The notes beneath the pieces are model-generated. The model saw only the letters and a list, made by a program, of their open reading frames with translations, was not told the DNA's origin and searched no databases. A stretch of 64,000 bases of DNA from a virus (taxonomy: Duplodnaviria; Heunggongvirae; Uroviricota; Caudoviricetes): the IMG/VR virus record IMGVR_UViG_3300029859_000151. One strand, written 5' to 3'. Shown here piece by piece: positions 20,627 to 30,836 of this stretch. The translations under genes and the position numbers were made by a program. How positions within the stretch are numbered: position 1 is the first letter of the stretch; each line of letters starts with the position of its first letter.

Positions 20627-21679
20627 TTAAATATCCCATTTTTGTTCATACTCTTTTTCTAAAGACTTTTCACGATTTCGTTGTGTTTGAATTAGCCCAT
20701 TTATTTCTTTTCGTAGTTCTTCTGCATGGTCTTGATCTTTCATGTTTTTTAATCCATTTTGTAAAGCAGCAAAAGCTTTTAATCTTTTTTCCAATTCATT
20801 AGGAGACAAATCATTTTCCTTTCCGTATTTTTTTGCATTACCCAAAAGTTCTTTCAGCTTTTTCTCTTTTTTTCTAAGCTCTTTTTTTTCTTTCCGATAA
20901 CCCGATAGTTCTTGTTGAAAATCAGTTTGCAATTCTACGACAGTGCGTTCGATTTGTTTCTCTTTTTGAAAATTCGCCATATTACAATCTTGAACATATT
21001 TGCAAACTCTTCCGTAATATAATTCGATTTCTTCTTCAGGTTCAGGTTTTGGGACCTGGGATACATCAAAAGTTTGATTTAATTTAGTGTAAAATTTTTT
21101 TATATCTTCATGTTTTGCTACTGATCCTTCAAGGCCTCTTTGCAATCCATGGTCTTTTTTCATTTCAGCAGCATATTCATTTTGCATTTTCTTCATTTTC
21201 ATTGGACTACCAATAAAATATGAAGCGTTTAATTTCCCTTTGTCATCCATCGGGACAACGAAAGCATGAATGTGGACATTGCCATTTTCATCTCCATGAT
21301 ACATTGCGCTTACGACATTATTATGCGCCGATCCTGGAATATTAAATGTTTTGTTCAACCATTCAATATTATCTTTTTTCCATTTTTCGATATCTACATT
21401 TTCAATATCTGATTTTGAAAATGTTAAAAGAACCTCTAAACCTAATACTGCATCGGAACGTAAATTTTTTGTCATTGCTCCAGTTGCATAAGCATCATTT
21501 ACTCGTTCATCCCATTTATTTTTATATGTTTGACCGTCTAATGGTATCAATTCGTCATTTAGATCTGCTTTATTAGGATCAGCGTTTGCCGGCTGCATAA
21601 CACGTAAATTATGCTTATATGCACTGGCCATTTTCCCGAATGATTTTATTTTTTCAATATGCATAAAACAATATCCCAT
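20627..21679 (-). CDS. MOBV (Mob/Pre) family relaxase
   Basis: HIEKIK...KHNLR motif I, LRSDAV, HGDENGNVHIH motif III, coiled-coil C-terminus. Confidence 0.88.
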   Translation of the reverse strand: MGYCFMHIEKIKSFGKMASAYKHNLRVMQPANADPNKADLNDELIPLDGQTYKNKWDERVNDAYATGAMTKNLRSDAVLGLEVLLTFSKSDIENVDIEKWKKDNIEWLNKTFNIPGSAHNNVVSAMYHGDENGNVHIHAFVVPMDDKGKLNASYFIGSPMKMKKMQNEYAAEMKKDHGLQRGLEGSVAKHEDIKKFYTKLNQTFDVSQVPKPEPEEEIELYYGRVCKYVQDCNMANFQKEKQIERTVVELQTDFQQELSGYRKEKKELRKKEKKLKELLGNAKKYGKENDLSPNELEKRLKAFAALQNGLKNMKDQDHAEELRKEINGLIQTQRNREKSLEKEYEQKWDI

Positions 21680-21759
21680 AAATTACACCTCGCATTTTTC
21701 TTAATACTAATATGTCAGAAAAATGTGAGATAAAAAGAGAAACCCTATATAGATGAGAG

Positions 21760-21835
21760 AGAAGCTATAGTAAGTACTACGGTTCTTTACGCACGGGCCT
21801 TCCGTCTGGGTCAGACGGTAAGGCTTAGATGCGCA
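21760..21835. other. Candidate oriT region
   Basis: Upstream of relaxase; imperfect IR around AAGCTATAGTAAGTACTACGGTT and GC-rich hairpin GCCTTCCGTCTG-ggt-CAGACGGTAAGGC. Confidence 0.4.
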
Positions 21836-22761
21836 AATATAATTTTTCTAAGCTTTCTTTTAAATCTGTAACCAACCGTATAAGTATTTTAACAAATCTT
21901 AAATACTGGCTCTTTTTATATATTTCGCAGTAATAATAATAAACTTCGGTTCATGATTATTCGTTACCGAGCATTCCTTAATAATGGTTACTCATATTTT
22001 GATTCGGTTTAATACATCTGCTTTTACTTAGCAAACCATAGATTTGACCGCAAATAGGGATTTTTTTGTCAACGTGTTCTAATTTATACATTCTGCTTCA
22101 TTAGATTATTCGTTTTGTAAAGATAGGAAACTAATATACTGATCAATGGATAGAACATTTGATGCGTTTAATGGGTGCTTATGATGTATATGATGTATGA
22201 TAAGCTTTGTCAGCATCTATAGCTTGCAAATCTATGATTAAGACACAATCTGTTTAAAGGAATGTATATTGTCTCAAATTTGTCTCAAATAATATAAAAT
22301 GTAAAATAACACCATCTATGTGCCGTAAAAGCTAATACCAATATAATAAAATTTGGGCAAGCTTATTATTCTTGAACAATTATTTACACCTACATAATGA
22401 AGTATTTTTCGGTATATTCAATTTCTTAAATAAAAATCAGTTTAAGTATTTTCACATCAGCATATTGGAGTAATTTTTAATGTTCTTTTGAATTTTTTAA
22501 TATTTGAATACATCATTAAGAGGAATTTACTAAGAAAAATACGTCGGCTATATGATGTATCGAAATGCCAGAAAATTAGAAACGTTATGTAAAATAATTT
22601 TTAAATGTAAAAGAAATTTAAGATTACGTCATATTGTGATGGATTTTTTCTTTATAATGCAACATACCATGAAATACAAATTTTCTTTTTCCATAAACCG
22701 GCAAATATCTGACATATTAAGTATAAATATATGAAAGAAAAATGGAGGATTTGCATGAGAG

Positions 22762-23088
22762 ATGAGTATAGAGAATTTTGTAGAATGTAAAGAAGAGATA
22801 ATGGGAGCCTGCACGAAGATGAATCGCATAGATCCGGAATGGCGTTGGGAATGTATGATTGTCGGCACAAAAATGTTACATATTCGTTGGGAATATTTAG
22901 CAAGTGTTAAACAGGGGAATGTTGTTTTTAAAATCACCATCAAAGAAGATGGATTTCACTTCTTGGATGAAAAAGAACAGGATGTTTCTAAAAAAATAAT
23001 GAAAGGAACTAACGTCAAATTAAATTTCTGCGACATAGAAAAAGCAATGTTTGCATTACAAAATTGGGCTAGAAATACATATCTATAA
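22762..23088 (+). CDS. Hypothetical protein
   Basis: Follows motif at 22708. Confidence 0.6.
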   Translation: MSIENFVECKEEIMGACTKMNRIDPEWRWECMIVGTKMLHIRWEYLASVKQGNVVFKITIKEDGFHFLDEKEQDVSKKIMKGTNVKLNFCDIEKAMFALQNWARNTYL

Positions 23089-23110
23089 CAAACGATAAAA
23101 GGAGAAAAAA

Positions 23111-24328
23111 ATGTTAGAGTTAAAAGGAAAATATAATAACTGTAAGGTGTTTACAGATAATATTGATAGTGAAACTATCAGTCAGTTAACAAACTTACTT
23201 AATCAGAAGTTTACTTCTGATAGTCAGGTTCGTATTATGCCAGATACTCATGCGGGGAAGGGATGCGTGATTGGCACTACAATGACCATCACGAATAGAA
23301 TAGTTCCTAACTTGGTAGGAGTAGATATAGGATGCGGCATGAGGGTTGTCAAACTGGCCGAGAAACACTTAGATTTACCTAATCTTGATAGTGTTATCCA
23401 TAAGTATGTACCAGCAGGCTTTGAAATACATAAAGAAGCATTAGCATCTTCAGGAGCAGCTGATATTTTAGCACCAGTAAACGTGGATAAAGCCTTTAAG
23501 TCACTTGGAACTCTTGGTGGAGGTAATCATTTTATTGAGGTAGATGCTGATAAAAACGGTGATTATTGGCTTGTGATCCATACAGGTTCAAGACATCTCG
23601 GTATTGAGGTATGTGACTATTATCAGAGTTTAGCTTATGAGAACCTTAAATTAAAACAGCATGATGGGAAAACCATACAGGAGTTGTCAAGAGAACTTGT
23701 AGCTAACTATACGAAAGCAGATAGAAAGAAGGAAATTAGTAAGGCGCTTAAAAAATTACGTAGTGATTATAAAGCAACTCATGTTACTGTTCCTTTTGAA
23801 CTTGCTTACTTAGAAGGTCAGGCAATGCAGGATTATTTACATGATATGAAACTTGCACAGGAACATGCAAAAATCAATCGTGAGACTATCGCAAAGCAGA
23901 TTTTAAAGTATGCAAAATTAACAGCAGTGGAAAGCTTTGATACCATCCATAATTATATCGATATTGACAATAAAATCCTACGTAAGGGAGCAATTTCAGC
24001 ACAAACAGGAGAAAGAGTTATTATTCCTATGAATATGCGGGACGGCTCTTTAATTTGTCTTGGTAAAGGCAATCCAGATTGGAATTATTCCGCTCCACAT
24101 GGAGCTGGAAGAATTATTTCTAGGAGTAAAGCTAAAGAAAGTATTTCTATGGAAGACTATAAACAAAGCATGAATGGAATTTACACTACTTGCGTGTCTA
24201 AAGATACCATTGATGAAAGTCCTATGGTTTATAAGTCAATGCAAGAAATTATGGACAATATTAAAGACACTGTAGATATCGTTAGCGTCATTAAGCCTAT
24301 TTATAATTTTAAAGCAGGGAAGGAGTAA
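23111..24328 (+). CDS. rtcB: RtcB family RNA ligase
   Basis: MPDTHAG, VGVDIGCG, GTLGGGNHFIE, HTGSR, HNY, RKGA, SAPHGAGR, DESPMVYK. Confidence 0.95.
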   Translation: MLELKGKYNNCKVFTDNIDSETISQLTNLLNQKFTSDSQVRIMPDTHAGKGCVIGTTMTITNRIVPNLVGVDIGCGMRVVKLAEKHLDLPNLDSVIHKYVPAGFEIHKEALASSGAADILAPVNVDKAFKSLGTLGGGNHFIEVDADKNGDYWLVIHTGSRHLGIEVCDYYQSLAYENLKLKQHDGKTIQELSRELVANYTKADRKKEISKALKKLRSDYKATHVTVPFELAYLEGQAMQDYLHDMKLAQEHAKINRETIAKQILKYAKLTAVESFDTIHNYIDIDNKILRKGAISAQTGERVIIPMNMRDGSLICLGKGNPDWNYSAPHGAGRIISRSKAKESISMEDYKQSMNGIYTTCVSKDTIDESPMVYKSMQEIMDNIKDTVDIVSVIKPIYNFKAGKE

Positions 24329-24387
24329 ACAATAAATACTAAAAATAAGTCGAGAAAAACATTATAAAATATAAGGAGAAATAAAGA

Positions 24388-24825
24388 ATGATAGAAATCG
24401 TAATTTTTAGTTCATATGGTGGAATGATCCCAGAGAGCTTAAGAAAAGTGATGACCGCTAATAAAAATTTGAGTATTGTTGAGCAAAGAATGAAAGCGGC
24501 AAAGTATGTTAAAAGTCATTCTGAAAATATTAGCGAACTGATTCATAATAGTAATAACGGATATTGTTATTCTCATTGGTGTGAGCAAAATTCTGATAAA
24601 TTTGCCATTATAGATGAATTTTCTTTCCGAGAAATAAAAGGAAAAACATTGACTCATTATCTTTTTTGGGATAAGGAAAATGAGCAAACTTTCAGTTTGT
24701 CAATTGTCGAAATCGATGAAACTAAACGTTGGAAAATTACTAACTATGATGGAGCAGAAAGCATTTCCTATTTTGATGAGCCTAAATTGATTGATGCAAA
24801 ATATAATTTATGCGAATGGAAATAG
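24388..24825 (+). CDS. Hypothetical protein
   Basis: AAGGAG RBS. Confidence 0.6.
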   Translation: MIEIVIFSSYGGMIPESLRKVMTANKNLSIVEQRMKAAKYVKSHSENISELIHNSNNGYCYSHWCEQNSDKFAIIDEFSFREIKGKTLTHYLFWDKENEQTFSLSIVEIDETKRWKITNYDGAESISYFDEPKLIDAKYNLCEWK

Positions 24826-24948
24826 GAAACAAGAAATAACAAAAGTAATTCAATTAAATATAAAACAAATAAAGAAACTGAGGAAAACTTCGGTTCCTTT
24901 ATTTTTAAATTATTATTTCATGCTCGAATCATATGATAGGTCGTATAA

Positions 24949-25413
24949 TCATTGCAATCCCCATTTTTTATTAAATTCACTTACCGCTTTCTGGATGATA
25001 CGGCTGCCTTTGTTCAACTCAAATGGGCCAGAATCTTTTCGATATATAAAAGGCTTACCTTTAGAAGATGGCTTTATTTTATATTTCACAATCATTTGCA
25101 AATATTCTTTGACAAATTGCTCCTTGTCTTTCTTGCTTATTGGAGACGCCTCTAATGGAATCTTAAATACATATGTTTGTGCATGTATCTGATAATATGG
25201 ATGTATTCTATAGTAATCCATTCTGTCTATAAAGGAACCATTTGAGAGAATCTGACAGCCAATCACTTGGCCATTTCTAACTAATATAGGTTTTCTTGCT
25301 TTAAACCGATTTAATCCTAAAAAACTGTTAGCGTAAAAGACCAAAAACGAATTTTCAAATTTAATATTGTATAGATCGAAAAAATAGTAACAAGGTCGAT
25401 AATTTATATCCAT
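24949..25413 (-). CDS. Hypothetical protein (lone minus-strand accessory gene)
   Basis: GGAGG RBS before ATG 25413; TGATATAAT extended -10 at 25459-25467 (minus). Confidence 0.6.
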   Translation of the reverse strand: MDINYRPCYYFFDLYNIKFENSFLVFYANSFLGLNRFKARKPILVRNGQVIGCQILSNGSFIDRMDYYRIHPYYQIHAQTYVFKIPLEASPISKKDKEQFVKEYLQMIVKYKIKPSSKGKPFIYRKDSGPFELNKGSRIIQKAVSEFNKKWGLQ

Positions 25414-25546
25414 AAAAGCTTCCTCCATAATATGATTGCAAGTTCTTTTGATGCGCTAATTATATCATATTTGATGACGAATATTATGATTTTCTGACAT
25501 ATTAAAAATAACAATAACAAAAAGCAAGTGCAAGGGAGCATAAAAT

Positions 25547-26446
25547 ATGGAATGTAAAAATATTAATAGAATCAAATTCATTCAATGGACTGGAGATAAT
25601 ATAGATGAATTTGTGTGTTTTATTAAAAACCGAACAAATAATTTAGTGATGGAGGAAAAAGATCCATATACGAATATGTTGACATTTCGGTTTATAAATA
25701 CTGACTTGCATTTATTCATTAGTTATGGAGATTATCTCGTATATGAAGCAAATGGCGAATTTTGTGATTATAGTGAAGAGGCTTTTAAAAAGAAATTTGA
25801 ATCAGTTAGTGATAAAACCACGAAAATAAATAATGACCATCAAGAATTACAAAACAAAAAAGAAAATTTGGAAAACGCTTGTGAAGAAAATGAAGAAGAA
25901 AAAACAAAGAAAGCAAAAGAATATAAATTTGCTGAATGGTTCCCTCCTAGTTATGAAATTTTTGGTCTATGTGGGATTTTAGAACTTTGTCTTATGGATA
26001 TAAGTTTAATATTGGCTATAATATATAAGAATAATCAATGGGTGCTCGTTGCATGTATTGCGATGATGCCAATATTTGCATTAGAAAAAAGAAAGGAAAT
26101 GGTTTCTAATAGTAGGCTTATCTTTTTTGATACTTATATGATCCTGGAGCGAGATATCATCAAGTATAACAATAGAAGTATCGGAAGGGAGCAGCGTAGA
26201 ATAAATTATAAAGATGTCTCGCATATAAAGTTTGACACTGAACAAAATGTGTTAGTGATTAATGGCATTACAGAATCAACGATTTCAAAATATAAAGTTG
26301 GTACAAAGGAATTCGAAGAAGACTCAATAACGCATACGACAAAAATGGGAAACTTGAAAATTTGGGTAAAGTTTAGCTGTGATAAAAAATTGGCAAAATT
26401 TATCAATGATAATACACCATTATGTGTAGCTATTGGAGAATGCTAA
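25547..26446 (+). CDS. Phage-type IQWTG/GDY domain fused to membrane domain
   Basis: N-terminus similar to 26645 ORF; two central TMs. Confidence 0.55.
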   Translation: MECKNINRIKFIQWTGDNIDEFVCFIKNRTNNLVMEEKDPYTNMLTFRFINTDLHLFISYGDYLVYEANGEFCDYSEEAFKKKFESVSDKTTKINNDHQELQNKKENLENACEENEEEKTKKAKEYKFAEWFPPSYEIFGLCGILELCLMDISLILAIIYKNNQWVLVACIAMMPIFALEKRKEMVSNSRLIFFDTYMILERDIIKYNNRSIGREQRRINYKDVSHIKFDTEQNVLVINGITESTISKYKVGTKEFEEDSITHTTKMGNLKIWVKFSCDKKLAKFINDNTPLCVAIGEC

Positions 26447-26644
26447 AAATATAATAATTAATTCGTAAAAACACTTAGATCCGGCAATAAAAACCTTAAG
26501 GATCTGAGTGTTTTTATTTTTTGGATTAAGTTTTGTAATCAAAATAGAAAAATATATTCAATTACAATTACAGTAAAAGTCATTTTTTAAAAATCTGACA
26601 TATTGTACATGACAATAAAAATAAAGAAAAAAGGAGAAAAAAGC

Positions 26645-27049
26645 ATGAAATATAAGAGAGTGGATACAGTTGATGCGATCCAGTGGACAGGAAAAAATTT
26701 TAAAAAGGTCATAGATTTTATTCATAACATTTATAATACTACTGAATGTACAAGTGATTTAAAACTTGTGGAATGCAATTCTTCAACAGAAATGTTGACG
26801 TTTCAGGATATGGAAACAGGTTTATATACGTTCATTAATTTAGGAGATTATCTTGTTTACGAAAACCTTCTGGGGGGATATTTTTTCAATTGTGCTCCAG
26901 GAATTTTTGAAAAGAAATTTAAGTCAGTTGACAACTGCGTAAATGGAAACAATGATCATTGTGGAGCTTCAGATAAAGATCAAATTTTAGAAGCTTTCTA
27001 TTATGGCGGATTGTCTGGTGTATATAATCTTGGAAAAGGAAAGCGGTAA
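26645..27049 (+). CDS. Phage-type hypothetical protein (AIQWTG...GDYL...F motif)
   Basis: AAGGAG RBS; paralog of 25547 N-terminus. Confidence 0.6.
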   Translation: MKYKRVDTVDAIQWTGKNFKKVIDFIHNIYNTTECTSDLKLVECNSSTEMLTFQDMETGLYTFINLGDYLVYENLLGGYFFNCAPGIFEKKFKSVDNCVNGNNDHCGASDKDQILEAFYYGGLSGVYNLGKGKR

Positions 27050-27150
27050 TAAATAAGAACAAACATTGCTATAAGATTGGTTGAATTATAAATTAAGAAA
27101 AGCGCGAGGTAGAAAAAACTAATTAAATTTAAAAAAATGGAGGAAATCAT

Positions 27151-27735
27151 ATGAAGACATTTATTACAAGTGCAGTATGTCCTAAGTGTGGGAAACTATT
27201 ATACACAAGTGATGTAGAAGGATACGGTTTTATATGCAAGGAATGCGATGAAAATTTTTACACGATGGAAGTGCAAGATGATAAGCCGGATCTTCATGAA
27301 ATTCGCATCCCGATGTCCGTAGACGATTTCGAACATCATTTAACCCAATTGCAAAAACTAGGAGGAAAGTACAACTGTGATTTTTTGGGATATGACGAAT
27401 GTGCAGAACTTGCAGATATCGGATGGGGAAATAACTTCCCAACGAGTGATACCTTAAACAATTTCGTAAAAGAAATTGAAAATGTAATGAAACGAATTAG
27501 TGATTTAGACAAAGAGCAAAATATGTTTGAATTGCAAACGAGAACATTTTTTAATAATGGCTCCAATCTTGGACATGTAGTTATCTTTATGAACCGAAAC
27601 AAACATGCATCAAAATTTGAGGTGATCTTCAAAGTGGATGAAAACGGTGAATGGAATTTTTATTATGAAAATGATATTTGTCTTGATAATGATGAACGAG
27701 TAGATTTTGAGAAGTGGTTTAAAACAACAATTTAA
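27151..27735 (+). CDS. Zn-ribbon protein
   Basis: CPKCG...CKECDE. Confidence 0.6.
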   Translation: MKTFITSAVCPKCGKLLYTSDVEGYGFICKECDENFYTMEVQDDKPDLHEIRIPMSVDDFEHHLTQLQKLGGKYNCDFLGYDECAELADIGWGNNFPTSDTLNNFVKEIENVMKRISDLDKEQNMFELQTRTFFNNGSNLGHVVIFMNRNKHASKFEVIFKVDENGEWNFYYENDICLDNDERVDFEKWFKTTI

Positions 27736-27805
27736 AGAGTTTCAATGATTTACAGAAAGAAAACCAGAACGTTGAGGCGACAGTTTAGAAAGGAGAATTA
27801 TAAAA

Positions 27806-27994
27806 ATGAAACAGAATCATTATATTGTAACTTTTAACAATGAGAAAACCGTATTCGTGTCTGGATTTAATACAGAAGAAGCAGAAATCCTTGCAAAAGC
27901 CGTAATGATAAAAAATGGATTATCTTATGATATTAAAAGTGTTAAGAGAACAAGTAATTTGTCTGATATGGCAGACACAAATTTTATAGCATAA
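27806..27994 (+). CDS. Small hypothetical protein
   Basis: AAGGAG RBS. Confidence 0.55.
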   Translation: MKQNHYIVTFNNEKTVFVSGFNTEEAEILAKAVMIKNGLSYDIKSVKRTSNLSDMADTNFIA

Positions 27995-28013
27995 GAAAGA
28001 TAAGGAGATAGCA

Positions 28014-28208
28014 ATGAAAATATTTTATTTAGGACGGGAAAATTTTAAATGCGTTGTCTACGCAGATGACAAAAATGAAGCATTTGATAAAATGAAAAGT
28101 GAACGTAAAAGTTCATTAGAATTTTTTGGATTGCCATTAGATATCACACGATGGGAAATCGAGGAATTTACGCCAGATTTGTATAATGGCGTATTATGTT
28201 TTTTCTAA
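28014..28208 (+). CDS. Small hypothetical protein
   Basis: AAGGAG RBS. Confidence 0.55.
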   Translation: MKIFYLGRENFKCVVYADDKNEAFDKMKSERKSSLEFFGLPLDITRWEIEEFTPDLYNGVLCFF

Positions 28209-28357
28209 AGTGACTTTCGTCCAGAAAAGCAAATTAGAATAGAAAAACAAAATATAAAGGTTCCGGAATGAAAATATTTCGGAGCCTTTGTTTTTTCAAA
28301 GATCTGACATATTATATATGATTTTTAAAGATAAAAGAAAAAAGGAGAAAACAAAAC

Positions 28358-29461
28358 ATGAAAATTATTGAAACTGGAACTACATATAAGGTATATGGAG
28401 AAGATTTGATTGTGTTAGACAATCTGCCAGCGCAGACATATAAGGTTGGATTCGGGCAATTTACAGGTTTCTTTTTAGAGAAGCAGCATGATCTGGAAAT
28501 TAAAGAAGATAAAATTTATGGAGTACATGAAGAAAAAGCGAACAAAGTTTTCAAACGATTTGCTAAATCTCCAAAAAATTTAGGAGTTATCCTTAGTGGA
28601 GATAAGGGCATTGGAAAATCTTTATTTGCAAGATTATTATCACAGAAAGCCATTCAGAACAAAATGCCTGTAATTTTGGTTGATGATTTCATCCCCGGTA
28701 TTGATGATTTTTTGAATAGCATTCAGAATGAAGTGCTTGTTTTGTTTGATGAGTTTGACAAAACTTTCGCAAGAAGTGGTGACGAAGATCCACAGTCAAA
28801 AATGCTTTCATTGTTTGACGGCACCAGTGCAGGAAAGAAATTATTTGTTATTACTTGCAATAAATATAACGATTTAAACGAATATCTAATCAATCGACCA
28901 GGAAGATTTCATTTCCATTTTAGATTTGAATACCCAACAGCAGAGGAAGTGAAGGAGTATTTAAAGGATAAATTGGCTGAAGAGTATCACTCTGAGATCA
29001 ATAAGGTTGCTGCATTTTCAAGAAAAATTAAGTTGAATTATGATTGCTTATCTGCAATCGCACTTGAATTGAATGAGGGAGAAACATTTGAAGATGCCAT
29101 TAAGGATTTGAATATCGTTAATGTGTCAGGAAGAGAAAATGCATACAATATTAGACTGTTCACAAAAGAAGGCATTGTTTTTTCTTGTGAAAACACTCAT
29201 TTAAATTTATTTAGTAATGAAAGTAATGCTATTTGGGTAGATGATGTGGCTGGAAATTCAATTCGTGTGAACTTTAAGGGTATCGATGCTATGTTTGACA
29301 ATACAACAAATTCGTTTAGCATATCAAAAGATAAATTCAAGGTTCTTTACGATAGCGATTATCTTAATGACGACGCAAAGGAATCATATGAAAAACTTCA
29401 TTATACATATATGGAGATCTCGCTAAACTATGGAGACAAAATTCATTATGATTTAGTTTAA
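28358..29461 (+). CDS. AAA+ ATPase (phage/MGE type)
   Basis: GDKGIGKS, LFDEFDK, NRPGRF. Confidence 0.85.
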   Translation: MKIIETGTTYKVYGEDLIVLDNLPAQTYKVGFGQFTGFFLEKQHDLEIKEDKIYGVHEEKANKVFKRFAKSPKNLGVILSGDKGIGKSLFARLLSQKAIQNKMPVILVDDFIPGIDDFLNSIQNEVLVLFDEFDKTFARSGDEDPQSKMLSLFDGTSAGKKLFVITCNKYNDLNEYLINRPGRFHFHFRFEYPTAEEVKEYLKDKLAEEYHSEINKVAAFSRKIKLNYDCLSAIALELNEGETFEDAIKDLNIVNVSGRENAYNIRLFTKEGIVFSCENTHLNLFSNESNAIWVDDVAGNSIRVNFKGIDAMFDNTTNSFSISKDKFKVLYDSDYLNDDAKESYEKLHYTYMEISLNYGDKIHYDLV

Positions 29462-29530
29462 AAAATCAGTCATTCATCCCATTGATTTTAATTGATGCGA
29501 TGAATGACTATTTATAAAGGGAGGCATCTG

Positions 29531-29725
29531 ATGAAGGCAGAGGAACGAAAAGAATCGATAGAAATTGCATTATCTATTTTAAGAGAAGCATTGGTATCAA
29601 CTGAATCTAGCATGGCTATTTGTGACAATAGATTGATTTTCTTTGGAACGCAAGATTATCTTGAGACAGGTGATATAAATAAATGCCCAAGATTTAGTGT
29701 AGAAATTGAAAAATTGGTGAAGTGA
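29531..29725 (+). CDS. Small hypothetical protein
   Basis: GGGAGG RBS. Confidence 0.55.
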   Translation: MKAEERKESIEIALSILREALVSTESSMAICDNRLIFFGTQDYLETGDINKCPRFSVEIEKLVK

Positions 29726-29787
29726 TCGGAATTAAATATCTGGATCAAAAGAGAAGAAAAGGCGAAAGGATCGGAGGACATGATTTT

Positions 29788-29943
29788 ATGAGACTAACAT
29801 TAAAAATTGTTTCCTGTGAAATAAGAGAAAAACTTTGGAAAATTACAGCTATTGTAACAGGGAGAATCGCAAAATCCTTAGATATGAAGTTAGAAAGAGC
29901 TAAGACTGTTATAAATTCCATAGATTCACAAAATAATAATTAG
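29788..29943 (+). CDS. Small hypothetical protein
   Basis: GGAGG RBS. Confidence 0.45.
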   Translation: MRLTLKIVSCEIREKLWKITAIVTGRIAKSLDMKLERAKTVINSIDSQNNN

Positions 29944-29953
29944 GAGAGAGAAA

Positions 29954-30370
29954 GTGCAAGAAATAAAAAACTGGTTTGAGGATGATGCCGCAAACAATGG
30001 GGAGCATTATGATTTCTTAGAATACGAAGGACATTTAGAGGTAAGAACGGGAACAGCTATTTTTATGGTTGTTGAGCCACATAGTGGAACAAATTATAAA
30101 TGGATGCTTCGAATATCAACAATGAGAGCTTTTGATAGATGGGCGAATTCAACACCTATTGAGCTGTTTTTTGATTCAGATGTTAAATTGTGCAATTATT
30201 TACATGATAATCAGCTTAACATTTACAAAAGATTGCTAAAATATCTATCAGAAGAATATGATGACATATTAGATTCATATGAAGAAGACAAAGAATGGTA
30301 TGAAGAAAACCTCAAAAAAGCTCAGGGCGCCAATGTTTTGGCAGAAGAAAAAGAAGGAAAAGGAGAATAA
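29954..30370 (+). CDS. Hypothetical protein
   Basis: AGGAG RBS, GTG start. Confidence 0.55.
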   Translation: MQEIKNWFEDDAANNGEHYDFLEYEGHLEVRTGTAIFMVVEPHSGTNYKWMLRISTMRAFDRWANSTPIELFFDSDVKLCNYLHDNQLNIYKRLLKYLSEEYDDILDSYEEDKEWYEENLKKAQGANVLAEEKEGKGE

Positions 30371-30373
30371 ATT

Positions 30374-30592
30374 ATGGAAACTAATAATTGGGTTCCGGTT
30401 AAGCAGATGCATTTTCCAGAAGATAAGAAAGACGTGCAAGTTACTTTTATTGGGTATAATGATCATGAGCCACATTGTGAAGCGTTTGCTTATAGAAATG
30501 ATGAAGATTGGTACTGGTCATTAGATGACGCTCCAGTTAAAGTGGAAATCACAGCATGGAAATATTCTTGTGAACCATATAAAGAAAATTGA
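30374..30592 (+). CDS. DUF551-like phage protein
   Basis: NNWVPV...P...W...VEITAW pattern. Confidence 0.55.
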   Translation: METNNWVPVKQMHFPEDKKDVQVTFIGYNDHEPHCEAFAYRNDEDWYWSLDDAPVKVEITAWKYSCEPYKEN

Positions 30593-30625
30593 ATTTGTGT
30601 TTAATCTAAAAAGAAAAGATGGAAT

Positions 30626-30755
30626 AAAGCGGTTGGATAGCATCTGACCGCTTTTGCTTTGTTATATATTTTGAAAATCCGACATATTAAATATGAATTT
30701 TAGATTATGAAAAAAGGAGAATGAATTATGAAAAGAATAAATTGCATAAGAAAAA
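30626..30755 (+). repeat. Terminator-motif-leader repeat unit (copy 1, partial)
   Basis: AAGCGGTTGGAT..ATCTGACCGCTTTT, TCCGACATATT, GGAGAATGAATTATGAAAAGAATAAATTGCATAA. Confidence 0.8.
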
Positions 30756-30836
30756 TACGGTTAATTGTACGATCAGCTGTGAATAAGGTTACATTGAAGT
30801 TATAAGCAAATGGATAATTTATTAGGAGGAAATATT

